Source of the DNA: Synechocystis sp. PCC 6803 substr. PCC-P
GTDB taxonomy: Bacteria > Cyanobacteriota > Cyanobacteriia > Cyanobacteriales > Microcystaceae
Reading direction: 5' to 3'
Assembly: GCF_000284455.1 (NCBI RefSeq)
Contig: NC_017039.1
Coordinates: 2,220,001 to 2,252,000, forward strand
DNA: 32,000 nt
Made by a program: the position numbers and the translations under genes. Positions within the stretch are counted from its first letter, which is position 1. Each line of letters begins with the position of its first letter. Positions 9,465-19,165 of the stretch are shown here, piece after piece. Below the pieces are notes generated by a model that did no database searches, was not told the origin of the DNA, and worked only from the letters and a program-made list of their open reading frames with translations.

Positions 9465-10862
9465 ATGGAATCTAAGTTGCTGAGTGCAAATCAAGGCTTT
9501 GGCCCGGTTTTAAGAAATTCCCGCTTTTTGTTCCTCTGGGTTGGCCAAATTTTCTCTCAGTTGGCCGACAAGTTTTATCTAGTTTTGATGATTGCCCTGA
9601 TCGCCAACCATTACCAGGGGGAAAATCAATCCATTAGCGGTTGGGTGTCGGCCATTATGATCGCCAACACGATTCCGGCGGTGCTATTTGGCTCCTTAGC
9701 TGGGGTCTACGTTGACCGCTGGCAAAAGAAACAGGTGTTGGTAGTCACTAACTTTTGCCGGGGCATTTTGATTTTGCTGTTGCCGTTTCTGCTCTGGTTC
9801 GGCGATCGCCAGAATATTAACTTGCCAGTAGGATGGCTACCTAGTTTTCTACGTCGTTGGCAAACAGAAGAACACCAGTATTTTGCTTTGCCCTTGGGTT
9901 TTGCGATTCTGTTGGTGGTTACCTTTGCGGTGTCCACCCTAACCCAGTTTTTTGCCCCGGCGGAGCAATCGGCCACTCCCTTGGTGGTGCGGCGGCGGAA
10001 TCTATTGGCGGCCAATTCCCTCACTACCTTAACCATGATGGGGGTGCTGATTGTGGGTTTTGCCATCGGGGAACCCCTGCTTAGCTTGGCGGATAGTCTT
10101 TTCCCCCGGGCTGGAGATCTGGGACCGGTGCTGGTGGTGGCAAGTTGTTACTTGATGGCCGGCATTGTGTTGCTAATGCTGAAAACAGGGGAAAAGCAAG
10201 CTGATCCGGACTTGGTCCACCCCCATGTGCTGAGTGATATCCAAGATGGCATCCGTTATCTCCAGGAAAATCATCGGGTACGCAATGCCCTGATTCAATT
10301 ATTGATTTTATTTTCCATTTTTGCTGCTCTATCCGTACTGGCGGTGAGTATGGCGGCCCAACTACCGGGGTTAAAGGCTTCCCAATTCGGTTTTTTACTA
10401 GCTTTTGGTGGTTTGGGTATGGCGATCGGAGCCTTGAGCATTGGTTACATTGGCCAACGGTTTTCCCCCACGGAATTGGCACTCTGGGGCTCCCTGGGCA
10501 TGGGGGTTTGTCTGACCGGATTAGCCCTGTTTGACCACAGTTTAGTGCTGACTTTTATTGCCATCACCATCATGGGTTTTTTCGCTGCCATGGTGGGGGT
10601 GCCCATGCAAACGCTGATGCAGGTGGAAACGGACCCGGAATTCCACGGCAAAGTATTTGGCCTGGAAAATAACGTCAATAATATTGCCCTGTCTTTGCCC
10701 TTGGCCCTGGCGGGGGTAGCGGAAAGTTTATTTGGTTTAACCCCAGTGTTGCTATTCTTGGCAGCGGCGGCGATCGCCGGAGGAATTTTGAGTTGGTATA
10801 TCAATGAAAACAGTCCCTCTGTGGCCCCCCGTAAGGAAAAAGGATCTTCCTCTTCTAGCTAG
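9465..10862 (+). CDS. MFS-family transporter
   Basis: ORF 465 aa with multiple hydrophobic helices; NSRFLFLWVGQIFSQLADKFYLV and GSLAGVYVDRWQKKQVLV (MFS signature-like loop). Confidence 0.88.
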   Translation: MESKLLSANQGFGPVLRNSRFLFLWVGQIFSQLADKFYLVLMIALIANHYQGENQSISGWVSAIMIANTIPAVLFGSLAGVYVDRWQKKQVLVVTNFCRGILILLLPFLLWFGDRQNINLPVGWLPSFLRRWQTEEHQYFALPLGFAILLVVTFAVSTLTQFFAPAEQSATPLVVRRRNLLAANSLTTLTMMGVLIVGFAIGEPLLSLADSLFPRAGDLGPVLVVASCYLMAGIVLLMLKTGEKQADPDLVHPHVLSDIQDGIRYLQENHRVRNALIQLLILFSIFAALSVLAVSMAAQLPGLKASQFGFLLAFGGLGMAIGALSIGYIGQRFSPTELALWGSLGMGVCLTGLALFDHSLVLTFIAITIMGFFAAMVGVPMQTLMQVETDPEFHGKVFGLENNVNNIALSLPLALAGVAESLFGLTPVLLFLAAAAIAGGILSWYINENSPSVAPRKEKGSSSSS

Positions 10863-11660
10863 TTAATTGTTGATAGTTACCACCACCGGAGCATGGTCAC
10901 TGGGTTTTTCCCAACCCCTGGGTTCCCTATCTATCCAACATTTTTGGGCCTGGTCGTAGAGTTGGGGAGTTAGATAATGGTGGTCAATGCGCCACCCCCG
11001 GTTGCGACTAAAGCCCCTAGTGCGATAATCCCACCAACTGTAATGGCCCGTTTCTTCGGTAAATTTACGGAAAGCATCCTGCAAATTGGCGATCGCCAAC
11101 ACTTCCGTTAAAGCTTCCCGTTCCATGGCAGTGGCCATAATATGATTCTCCCGGCCCACTGGGTCATGGATATCCCGGTCTTCTGGGGCAATGTTGAAAT
11201 CTCCACAGACCAAAAATTCTGGGGTGTCACTACGGCGCAGTTGCTCCAGATAGGTCTGCAGTAAGTTTAACCACCGCAATTTATACAAATACTTTTCACT
11301 GTCGAGGGCAGATCCATTGGGAACGTAGAGATTAACGATCCGCACACCGTCATAAACGCCACTGATCACTCGTTTTTGTTCATCCAAATCCCCCGTCAAG
11401 GCTGGCTCCACTAGGGCCGCAAAACCGATTTTCACGTCTTGCAATGGTTCCCGACTGAAAATGGCCACGCCGTTATAGGACTTTTGCCCAGAAATATGGC
11501 AATGGTAGCCCGCCTCTTCAAACGGTTGCCGGGGAAAATCTTCATCCACCACCTTAGTTTCTTGCAAACAAAGTACATCAACAGGGTTTGTGCCCAACCA
11601 ATCGAGGATATGTTGCTGACGACTGCGGACGGAATTAACGTTCCAACTGGCGATGTCCAT
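10863..11660 (-). CDS. xthA: exodeoxyribonuclease III
   Basis: MDIASWNVNSVRSRQ, DVLCLQETKVVD, CGDFNIAPEDRDIHD, WRIDHHYLT, SDHAPVVV; the track ORF extends to 11723, but MDIASWNVNSV at 11660 is the more likely start. Confidence 0.93.
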   Translation of the reverse strand: MDIASWNVNSVRSRQQHILDWLGTNPVDVLCLQETKVVDEDFPRQPFEEAGYHCHISGQKSYNGVAIFSREPLQDVKIGFAALVEPALTGDLDEQKRVISGVYDGVRIVNLYVPNGSALDSEKYLYKLRWLNLLQTYLEQLRRSDTPEFLVCGDFNIAPEDRDIHDPVGRENHIMATAMEREALTEVLAIANLQDAFRKFTEETGHYSWWDYRTRGFSRNRGWRIDHHYLTPQLYDQAQKCWIDREPRGWEKPSDHAPVVVTINN

Positions 11661-12099
11661 GGGAAAACCGAGAAAAAATAGATTGGCCATAGCCCCTTCC
11701 CACTGCCAGTCGGCCCAGGTCAAAATTGATGGCGGCCTGTTCTAGTACCCATTGGGCATAGGTGTTGCTATTGGGGCCGGGCCAGTAACGATAGCTGTAA
11801 CAGTGGGGATAGATTTGGGGACTGTTGAGAATAATTTCCCCCAGGCGATCGCCAATGGGGCCAGACCATTGCTGGGCTAAAAAACTGGGGCCGTTACCCA
11901 CTCCTCCATAGGGAGTCAGCAGATTTTGATGGAGATGACCCCAACTAGGGAGCTTCAACTCTCGCCGTTGCCACACCTCCCATCTTTGTAAATTCTCCAA
12001 GCTCTGACCATGGCGATCGCCGACCACATACCAGTAGTGGACAGCCCAGCGACCAACAAAGGGAATTTTGGCCCACAATAGTTGCACTTCCATCGCCAT
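11635..12099 (-). CDS. hypothetical protein, possibly DUF3750-like
   Basis: ORF 154 aa; HYWYVV..., LLTPYGGVGNGPSFLAQQWSGPIG, CYSYRYWPGPNSNTYAQWVL; family name recalled, not searched. Confidence 0.65.
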   Translation of the reverse strand: MAMEVQLLWAKIPFVGRWAVHYWYVVGDRHGQSLENLQRWEVWQRRELKLPSWGHLHQNLLTPYGGVGNGPSFLAQQWSGPIGDRLGEIILNSPQIYPHCYSYRYWPGPNSNTYAQWVLEQAAINFDLGRLAVGRGYGQSIFSRFSHGHRQLER

Positions 12100-12129
12100 G
12101 GCGGTTAAGCAAAAAGTTATGGGAATGAT

Positions 12130-12579
12130 CTACTCGTACAACCAAGGGTTAAGGGTGGCATCCCATTCATTCACTTCCTCATCCTTAAACCAGAGGGAAA
12201 TTTCCCGTTTAGCGGTTTCAATGGCATCGGAACCATGGATAATGTTGCGACCAACGGACACACCGTAATCTCCCCGGATAGTACCAGGGGCGGCAGCATG
12301 GGGATCAGTTGCACCAATCATTTGGCGGGAAGTAGAAACGATGGAATTACCTTCCCAGACCATGGCCACCACGGGAGAGGAACAAATGAAGTTCACCAAG
12401 CCGGAAAAGAACGGTTTGTCGTTGAGAGCTTCGTAATGTTTTTCGGCTAATTCTTGGGAGACAGTCATCACCTTCATGGCGACTAATTTGAAGCCTTTTT
12501 TCTCGAAACGGCCAACAATTTCCCCAATTAATTGCCGTTGTACCCCATCGGGCTTGATCATGATAAATGTGCGTTCCAT
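12130..12579 (-). CDS. ndk: nucleoside diphosphate kinase
   Basis: ORF 149 aa; [43 protein letters not shown]. Confidence 0.97.
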   Translation of the reverse strand: MERTFIMIKPDGVQRQLIGEIVGRFEKKGFKLVAMKVMTVSQELAEKHYEALNDKPFFSGLVNFICSSPVVAMVWEGNSIVSTSRQMIGATDPHAAAPGTIRGDYGVSVGRNIIHGSDAIETAKREISLWFKDEEVNEWDATLNPWLYE

Positions 12580-12803
12580 GGCAACCTCCTTTTGCTTTTT
12601 CTGTTAAAAAAACTTAACAATCACCCTGTATTTTACATGGTTTGGGCATCGGGATTATGAATGGTAACCAGCCCCCATCGATAGGGGAAAACCACCCTGG
12701 CGATCGCTGTTCCAGAACCCTAGGGGAAAAGAAGATCAAGGATAATTTTGGTAAAAAGCTTGACAATGGGCACCACTTTCAGCACAATAGAATACTGTGA
12801 CTC

Positions 12804-12876
12804 GGGGCTATAGCTCAGTTGGTAGAGCACTTGCATGGCATGCAAGGGGTCAGCGGTTCGAGCCCGCTTAGCTCCA
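12804..12876 (+). tRNA. tRNA-Ala (anticodon GGC)
   Basis: 73-nt cloverleaf: acceptor GGGGCTA/TAGCTCC (+A discriminator), D stem GCTC/GAGC, anticodon stem CTTGC/GCAAG with loop ATGGCAT, T stem AGCGG/CCGCT with loop TTCGAGC. Confidence 0.95.
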
Positions 12877-13314
12877 TTTAAATGGAAAACTAGTCAGTTA
12901 CTCCTTTACTTCTTGTCTTGACCAGGCAGAAGGCTCCAAATGGTTTACATAGTTAATGTAGTGGGCTAGCGGTTTATCAACACTCAATAGAATATTGGGC
13001 TTAAATTGAATATTGTCATAAATCAAACCGTCTTCATGGCGCAGGAAATAGTAAGCTAATTTTGTGCAAAGCAAGAGAAAATGACTGACCAAATAGCCCA
13101 TAATGCCACGACGTTTTGCCGTAACGTAGATGGGCTGGATGCGAATTTTACTCAACTCTAGATTGACATCATCACCGTGCAAGCTGGGCAGGGGAACGTA
13201 GGCATAAATCATGTGTAGAGGAGGAAAAAAACGGACATTTTTCATAATGGTCAGTAAACCAATGCAACCATTGTCATAACGCATGGAATATTCATAGGTT
13301 TCTCCCAAAAAATA

Positions 13315-14260
13315 TAGTCATTTCAATTAACGATGAGAGAATTTAATGTAAAATTATGGAGTGTACAAAATGAACAGGTTTAAACAATGGCTTACAGTTT
13401 AGATTTAAGGCAAAGGGTAGTAGCTTATATAGAAGCTGGAGGAAAAATAACTGAGGCTTCCAAGATATATAAAATAGGAAAAGCCTCGATATACAGATGG
13501 TTAAATAGAGTAGATTTAAGCCCAACAAAAGTAGAGCGTCGCCATAGGAAATTAGACTGGGAAGCTCTAAAAAAAGACGTAGAAGAAAATCCCGATGCAA
13601 GATTGATAGACAGAGCCAAGAAATTTGGAGTGAGGCCGAGTGCCGTATATTACGCATTAAAGAAAATGAAAATAAACAGAAAAAAAAAGAACTACGTTAT
13701 CGAGAAAGAAACCGGGAGGAACGAGTTAAGTACTATAGAATGTTAAGAGAACTAATTAAGCTCTATGGTAGTCAAGCTATAGTTTACATAGATGAATCTG
13801 GATTCGAAGCAATCCAGGCTTGTATTTATGCCTGGTCAAAAAAAGGAAAAAAAGTTTATGGAGATAGACAAGGAAAAAGGGGAGTCAGAGAAAATCTAGT
13901 AGCAGGGAGAAGAAAAGGAAAAAAAGATTTGATTGCGCCGATGGTTTTTACCGGGAGTTTGAATGCAGAAGGCTTTGAAGGATGGTTAAAATTATATTTG
14001 CTACCCTCCCTCGACATTCCATCAATATTAATAATGGATAATGCTCCTATTCATCGTAAAACTGCCATTAAAGAATTGGCTAAAGAAGCAGGTCATGAAG
14101 TTCTTTTTTTGCCGAAATATTCTCCTGATTTAAATGATATTGAGCATGACTTTAGTGCCTTGAAACGAGCTAGAATGTACGCTCCTATTGACACGTCTCT
14201 TGATGAAATTATCCGTTCTTACTGTGGCGTTTAGCGTCTCAGCTTTATTTGAAACTACTA
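13315..14260 (+). mobile_element. ISY100-type Tc1/mariner (IS630 superfamily) insertion sequence
   Basis: 946 bp between TA dinucleotides (13313-13314 and 14261-14262); imperfect TIRs TAGTCATTTCAATTAACGATGAGAG / TAGTAGTTTCAAATAAAGCTGAGAC. Confidence 0.95.
13387..14234 (+). CDS. ISY100 transposase in two overlapping frames (13387-13746 and 13740-14234), probably joined by a -1 frameshift at an A9 run
   Basis: MAYSLDLRQRVVAYIEAGGKITEASKIYKIGKASIYRWL (HTH) and IVYIDESGFEA / LIMDNAPIHRKTAI / LPKYSPDLNDIEHDFSALKR (DDE-type core). Confidence 0.93.
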
Positions 14261-14959
14261 TAATGTATGAAGCTCTCTCTTAAGGTGGTGTTTGGAACAT
14301 TGCCTTTCATGGTGAAATCAATCTGGGTTCCTGATGCGTTTTGTCGGAGGGATAAGTCCATTTTGATGTCAAGATGATGAACTGTCTTCAAATGTTGGGC
14401 ATCAATGCCGTTCATCATGCAAATATGATGGTGACATTTTCTTTCAAAGGCTTTATCCGCTTGGGTGACCAGTTTCTGACCCTGGAGTTCATCAAATTCT
14501 GGTAAATCATTGGGGGCAATTTCCTCTGGAAAAATCCAAATAAAGCCATATTTTTCGGCGGTGGCATAGGGCGCTAATTGTGCTTTGGGGGGAATTTCCG
14601 ACTGACAGGGAATATGGCGACATTTACCCGTTTCATCAAAGGCCCAACGATGAAAGTTACAACGAATCCAGCTGTCTTCAACTTGCCCTAAACCTAGGTC
14701 TGTGCCAAGGTGGGGACAGTAGCCGTGGAGGGCCCGAGCCTTTCCATCTTCTCCCCGAAACACGACAATTTTTTGCCCACAAAGGGCCAGGGATTTAGCT
14801 TGACCCCGCCGTAATGTCCGGCTAGGACAAACGATATACCAACCCTTCGCAATAATTTGCCAATTATTAAAGATTTCCATGGTTAAGTAAGACGAGGGGC
14901 TAATATTGGCAAGGGAAACAATTTTCTATTTATCACTCTGCTAAGAAGTTACTTTTAAC

Positions 14960-16015
14960 ATGACCCAATCTACAAATTTTGATGATGTTTATCCAGTACA
15001 GTGGCGAGATGATCAAGTAATTCTGATTGACCAGACCCGTTTACCTTTGGAATATAAAGAGGTGGCGATCGCCGACTATGAGGCCATGGGCCATGCGATT
15101 AAATCCATGGTAGTGCGGGGAGCACCGGCCATTGGAGTTGCGGCGGCCTACGGTATGTATTTGGGGGCCAGGAGGATTCAAACTACGGAATTAAGGGAAT
15201 TTGTGGTGCAGTTGGAATTTGTGGCGGATCAGCTACGCCAAACCCGACCCACGGCGGTAAATCTATTCTGGGCCATTGACCAGATGTTGAATGTGGCTTA
15301 CCACAGTGGCGAAAATGTGGAGCAGATTAAGGCCAATCTCCTTTCCCAAGCCCAACAAATTCAACTCGATGACCTGCGTACTTGTCAGGCGATCGGGGCG
15401 GCAGGACTTGAAGTATTACCAAGGGAACCCCATCAGTTGACTATTCTCACCCATTGCAATGCCGGCGCTTTGGCCACTGCTGGTTACGGTACGGCGATCG
15501 GGGTTATCCGGGCGGCCTGGTCTGCGGGCCGCTTGGCCAGGGTCTATGCCGATGAAACCAGACCTAGATTGCAGGGGGCGAAATTAACCGTGTGGGAATG
15601 TGTGCAGGCAGGGATTCCCGTCACCCTGATTACCGATAACATGGCCGCCCATTGCATGCAACAACAACGCATTGACGCCGTGGTGGTGGGGGCCGATCGC
15701 ATTGCGAGAAATGGCGATATAGCCAATAAGATTGGCACCTATGGCTTAGCGGTGTTGGCGAAAATGCATGCCATTCCCTTTTTTGTGGCCGCCCCATTAT
15801 CTACGGTGGATTTTGCTTTGGATGATGGTAGTCAGATTCCCATTGAAGAACGGGACCCGGTGGAAATTTACCAACCAGAAGGGAACCGCATTACCCCAGA
15901 GGGAGCAGAATTTTATAACCCGGCTTTTGATGTTACCCCCGCCAGTTTGATCACCGCCATCATTACGGAACAGGGTGCCATTGCTCCGGAAAAGTTGGCA
16001 GATCTACAGGCTTAG
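14960..16015 (+). CDS. mtnA: S-methyl-5-thioribose-1-phosphate isomerase
   Basis: ORF 351 aa; [76 protein letters not shown]. Confidence 0.95.
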   Translation: MTQSTNFDDVYPVQWRDDQVILIDQTRLPLEYKEVAIADYEAMGHAIKSMVVRGAPAIGVAAAYGMYLGARRIQTTELREFVVQLEFVADQLRQTRPTAVNLFWAIDQMLNVAYHSGENVEQIKANLLSQAQQIQLDDLRTCQAIGAAGLEVLPREPHQLTILTHCNAGALATAGYGTAIGVIRAAWSAGRLARVYADETRPRLQGAKLTVWECVQAGIPVTLITDNMAAHCMQQQRIDAVVVGADRIARNGDIANKIGTYGLAVLAKMHAIPFFVAAPLSTVDFALDDGSQIPIEERDPVEIYQPEGNRITPEGAEFYNPAFDVTPASLITAIITEQGAIAPEKLADLQA

Positions 16016-16102
16016 TTTTGCTGTCTATTTCCCCACAAAAGTAACTTTTTCCACATTTTTAGCGATAGTTTTCCACAGAAAATTCCCCTAAGGATGCCAT
16101 CA

Positions 16103-16780
16103 CTAATCCCTGCCTAAATCCAGCATCTCGTGAATTTGGGCTTGGCAAGCTTTAGTAACCGCTTCCAATTCGGGTTTCCTATTCTTTACTGGAGGGGCGA
16201 TCGCCTTACCAATGCGAATAGTTAAAGGCACAGGATGGGGCCAGGGGGAACCGGGCTGAAAAATTTGCTCTACTCCCCCTAGGCTGACGGGAATAATGGG
16301 CACTTGGGCTTTAGCTGCAATCATGGCAGCCCCCAATTTTGGCTGGTGAATGCGGCCATCCTTTGTTCTGGTTCCCTCCAGAAAGACCCCCACTAACCAA
16401 CCATCCCCCAGCGCCGTCAAGGCGGCCCGCAATGCTCCCCGATCGCCACTGCCCCGTTTGACTGGATAGGCCCCATAGAGGCGAATGGCTGGACCCAGCA
16501 GGGGCACATTAAATAACTCTTCCTTGGCCATAAAGGCCACCGGCCGGGCCATGGCACAGGACAAAAATGGGGGGTCAAAATAACTGGCATGGTTGCTCAC
16601 CACCAAGGCCGGCCCCCGGGTTGGCACCAATTCCTGACCATATACCTGGGCCTGGAACAATCCATGGAGCAGTGGCCGCACCACCCCCCATTTCAAGCCC
16701 CGGTAGAGAGCTAAATTAAGTGACGTTTCCCTTGGGCGGGGAGCACTCAAACCACCACGATGATTAATCTCGGAATCCAC
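16103..16780 (-). CDS. plsC: 1-acyl-sn-glycerol-3-phosphate acyltransferase (PlsC family)
   Basis: ORF 225 aa; VVSNHASYFDPPFL (NHx4D), GVFLEGTRTKDGR, VPIIPVSLGG. Confidence 0.9.
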   Translation of the reverse strand: MDSEINHRGGLSAPRPRETSLNLALYRGLKWGVVRPLLHGLFQAQVYGQELVPTRGPALVVSNHASYFDPPFLSCAMARPVAFMAKEELFNVPLLGPAIRLYGAYPVKRGSGDRGALRAALTALGDGWLVGVFLEGTRTKDGRIHQPKLGAAMIAAKAQVPIIPVSLGGVEQIFQPGSPWPHPVPLTIRIGKAIAPPVKNRKPELEAVTKACQAQIHEMLDLGRD

Positions 16781-17064
16781 TGAGCTTTCCCGGAAAATAC
16801 TTGCCTCAACACTTTATCAAAACCATGGCGAGTAAATCCCCGTGCCAATGGCGGCAGCTTCTATCTTTGGAATCCATGGGAGGAGCCAGCATTGCCCGCC
16901 GAAAACTGGACTAACTGGATACTTCCGCCCCAAGTCGTGCAGATGATGGCAAGGAAAATTAAGCAAAACGCTTTTCCATAACTCATATTGGGGGTGGGAG
17001 AATGGAATTTTTGCCTCCATACTAGTTCCGGCTCCTCTGTTCTCGTTTCTCCGCTTTTACTTCC

Positions 17065-19074
17065 ATGAATGCCCATGAAATTGCCCTGACCCTGCAAAAG
17101 GGACTTAAAGCCCTGCAAAATCAAGAATATCAGTCGGCGATCGAGGCTTTAGAAATGGTTTGCCGCCGGGTGCCCCAGCAGGAATCCCCCGAATTTCTCA
17201 AAGCTCAGATGGCCTTAGTGAGGGCCTACAGAGCCATAGGGAGATTTGATCAGTCCCGGGAAATCTGCGAATACTTAACCCGGAACCCAAACCCAGAGGT
17301 ACAAAATTGGGCTAAAACGATGATGCTGATGCTCCTTAAACAGGAGAATGGGGCTGAAGGGGAAGCGGATGAGGATGTACTGTCCACTAATTTGAAAGCC
17401 GGTCGAGCGGAAAATAATCGGGTTAAGGTGGCTTTGCCCAGGGTAGCGGATAGTTTGCCTTTTATCTTCGGTATGGGCCTCTTGGTTCCCCTTTTAACCA
17501 CTTCTGTATTGTTTACACCGCTGGCTTGGTGGCTGGCCCAGGGACAGTGGCAAAAGTTGCTGGCCATTAGTCTGGGGCTGGGCATTGTGGTTAATTTCCT
17601 GGCCTTGTTTTACAACGTCCCCATAATTGATTTGATCAATCGACGTATTTATGGCACCCAATGGGTCAACCTTGGCGCAGTGCAAAAATATAGCCCCGAA
17701 GCCGGGGAATTAATGTTGCGGGTGGCCAGGGCAAAGACTTTTCCCATTCCTAAGCTGGGGATTATTCCCGATAATCGTCCCGTTATGTTTACCTATGGCG
17801 TGCAACAAAACAATAGTCGTGTTGTGCTCAGTCAGGGGATTTTTCGTTATCTAAGCGCCGAAGAAATTGCCACCCTCCTGGGTCATGAATTGGCCCACAT
17901 TGTCCGCCGGGATTGCGCCCTATTGACCTGTATGAGCGGTTGGGGACAGGTATTTTACTGGTTATACTGTGAGCTACAAATGGCCCGGACTTCCCAGCCG
18001 GCGATCGCCAAGATATTGATCACCCCGTTGGTGTGGATTTGCTTGGCCATGTTTCGCATTAACCAGGGGTCCAACCGTTACTTTGCCCGCACAAGGGAAT
18101 ATTACGCTGACCACTTTTCCGTCAACTACACTGGTAACCCCAACGCCTTAACTCGTGCCCTAGTGAAAATGACCAGGGCTTTGGTAAAACGGGAAAGACA
18201 AGCAGAGAAACCAGCCTTATTTCTGGAAGGTATGCGCAACTTTGCTAACTATGATGCCTACACAGCGTCGGCCTGTGAACGGGGAGAAAGATTTGATCCG
18301 AAGATGGTGGGCAATCTACTCCTCTGGGACTGGGGCAGTCCCTGGCGGGGCATTATTACCTGGTGTAGTTCCCATCCCCTTTTAGGTAAGAGGCTCCAGG
18401 TGTTGAGTCATTACGCCGAACAGTTAGACCTGGACACGGAATATAACCTAGTGCTCAGCCGTCGACAAATCTCCCTGGAAGAAGCAAAAAAAAGAGCTTT
18501 ATCCTTTTATCTTGAGGTACTTATTTGGCTGCTGCCCCTCTGGTTTGCCCTGGGCTTGGGCTGGTGGACCCAACAGGAAAACCCCGTTCTTAAACTGCAT
18601 CTACACCAAGCCATACTGGTGGGTCTAGGGGCGGGCATCTTACTGCGTACTGCCTGGCAAAGTTTGGGGCAAAGGAAAGTGGCGGCCCCCACCGTAGTGA
18701 GTGTGCTCAGCGACCCTAATTTAAGTCCCATCTGGGGTACCCAGGTTAATTGGCAAGGTAAATTCCGCCTGGTGCAAGCTAGTGTTTGGAGAGCGCCCAA
18801 ATTGTATTTTCATGACCGCACCGGGGTAATTCCTGTGCGTTATCCTTTCTGGACTAGACTGTTGCCTCCTTTTCGTTCTCCCCAGATCCGCCTAGAGGCG
18901 ATCGCCTTGGGGTCAGTAAAAGTCAGCGGCATGGTGGTGCGGGGTTTATCGCCCCAGTTACAACTTGCCACGATCGCCAACGAAGAAGGCCAAATGTTGA
19001 TTGGTTATCCCCTTTTCCTTGCCTGGGCAGGGGGATTGTTATTGGTCTTATTGGGGATTTTGATCCCAGGGTAA
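17065..19074 (+). CDS. TPR-containing M48-family membrane metallopeptidase
   Basis: ORF 669 aa; N-terminal TPR-like repeats (LKALQNQEYQSAIEALEMV), HELAH zinc motif in EIATLLGHELAHIVRRD, transmembrane segments before and after. Confidence 0.9.
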   Translation: MNAHEIALTLQKGLKALQNQEYQSAIEALEMVCRRVPQQESPEFLKAQMALVRAYRAIGRFDQSREICEYLTRNPNPEVQNWAKTMMLMLLKQENGAEGEADEDVLSTNLKAGRAENNRVKVALPRVADSLPFIFGMGLLVPLLTTSVLFTPLAWWLAQGQWQKLLAISLGLGIVVNFLALFYNVPIIDLINRRIYGTQWVNLGAVQKYSPEAGELMLRVARAKTFPIPKLGIIPDNRPVMFTYGVQQNNSRVVLSQGIFRYLSAEEIATLLGHELAHIVRRDCALLTCMSGWGQVFYWLYCELQMARTSQPAIAKILITPLVWICLAMFRINQGSNRYFARTREYYADHFSVNYTGNPNALTRALVKMTRALVKRERQAEKPALFLEGMRNFANYDAYTASACERGERFDPKMVGNLLLWDWGSPWRGIITWCSSHPLLGKRLQVLSHYAEQLDLDTEYNLVLSRRQISLEEAKKRALSFYLEVLIWLLPLWFALGLGWWTQQENPVLKLHLHQAILVGLGAGILLRTAWQSLGQRKVAAPTVVSVLSDPNLSPIWGTQVNWQGKFRLVQASVWRAPKLYFHDRTGVIPVRYPFWTRLLPPFRSPQIRLEAIALGSVKVSGMVVRGLSPQLQLATIANEEGQMLIGYPLFLAWAGGLLLVLLGILIPG

Positions 19075-19165
19075 ACTGAGATTGCTCACTGCCAGATGAT
19101 TTAGAACGGAACCAACCCCCAACTTCCCCCAGTCAGGGAAATTAGTTTGGTTTCCCTTTAAACCT

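Larger units (their letters stand above)
12898..14880 (-). pseudogene. Rieske [2Fe-2S] non-heme iron ring-hydroxylating oxygenase, split by ISY100
   Basis: N-terminal part (14245-14880) has CPHLGTDLGLGQVEDSWIRCNFHRW (Rieske) and DAQHLKTVHH (mononuclear iron). C-terminal part lies in the 12898-13308 ORF. Removing 13315-14260 plus one TA gives a 1035-nt ORF across ...RESFIHYFLGETYEYS... Confidence 0.93.

Noticed and set aside
13343-13657. Minus-strand 104-aa ORF (and 13425-13619) inside ISY100
   Set aside because: Antisense shadow of the transposase N-terminal ORF.
16817-17124. Overlapping minus-strand ORFs of 67 and 87 aa
   Set aside because: Mutually overlapping in different frames, partly antisense to the TPR-M48 gene start, no recognisable motif; cannot support either.
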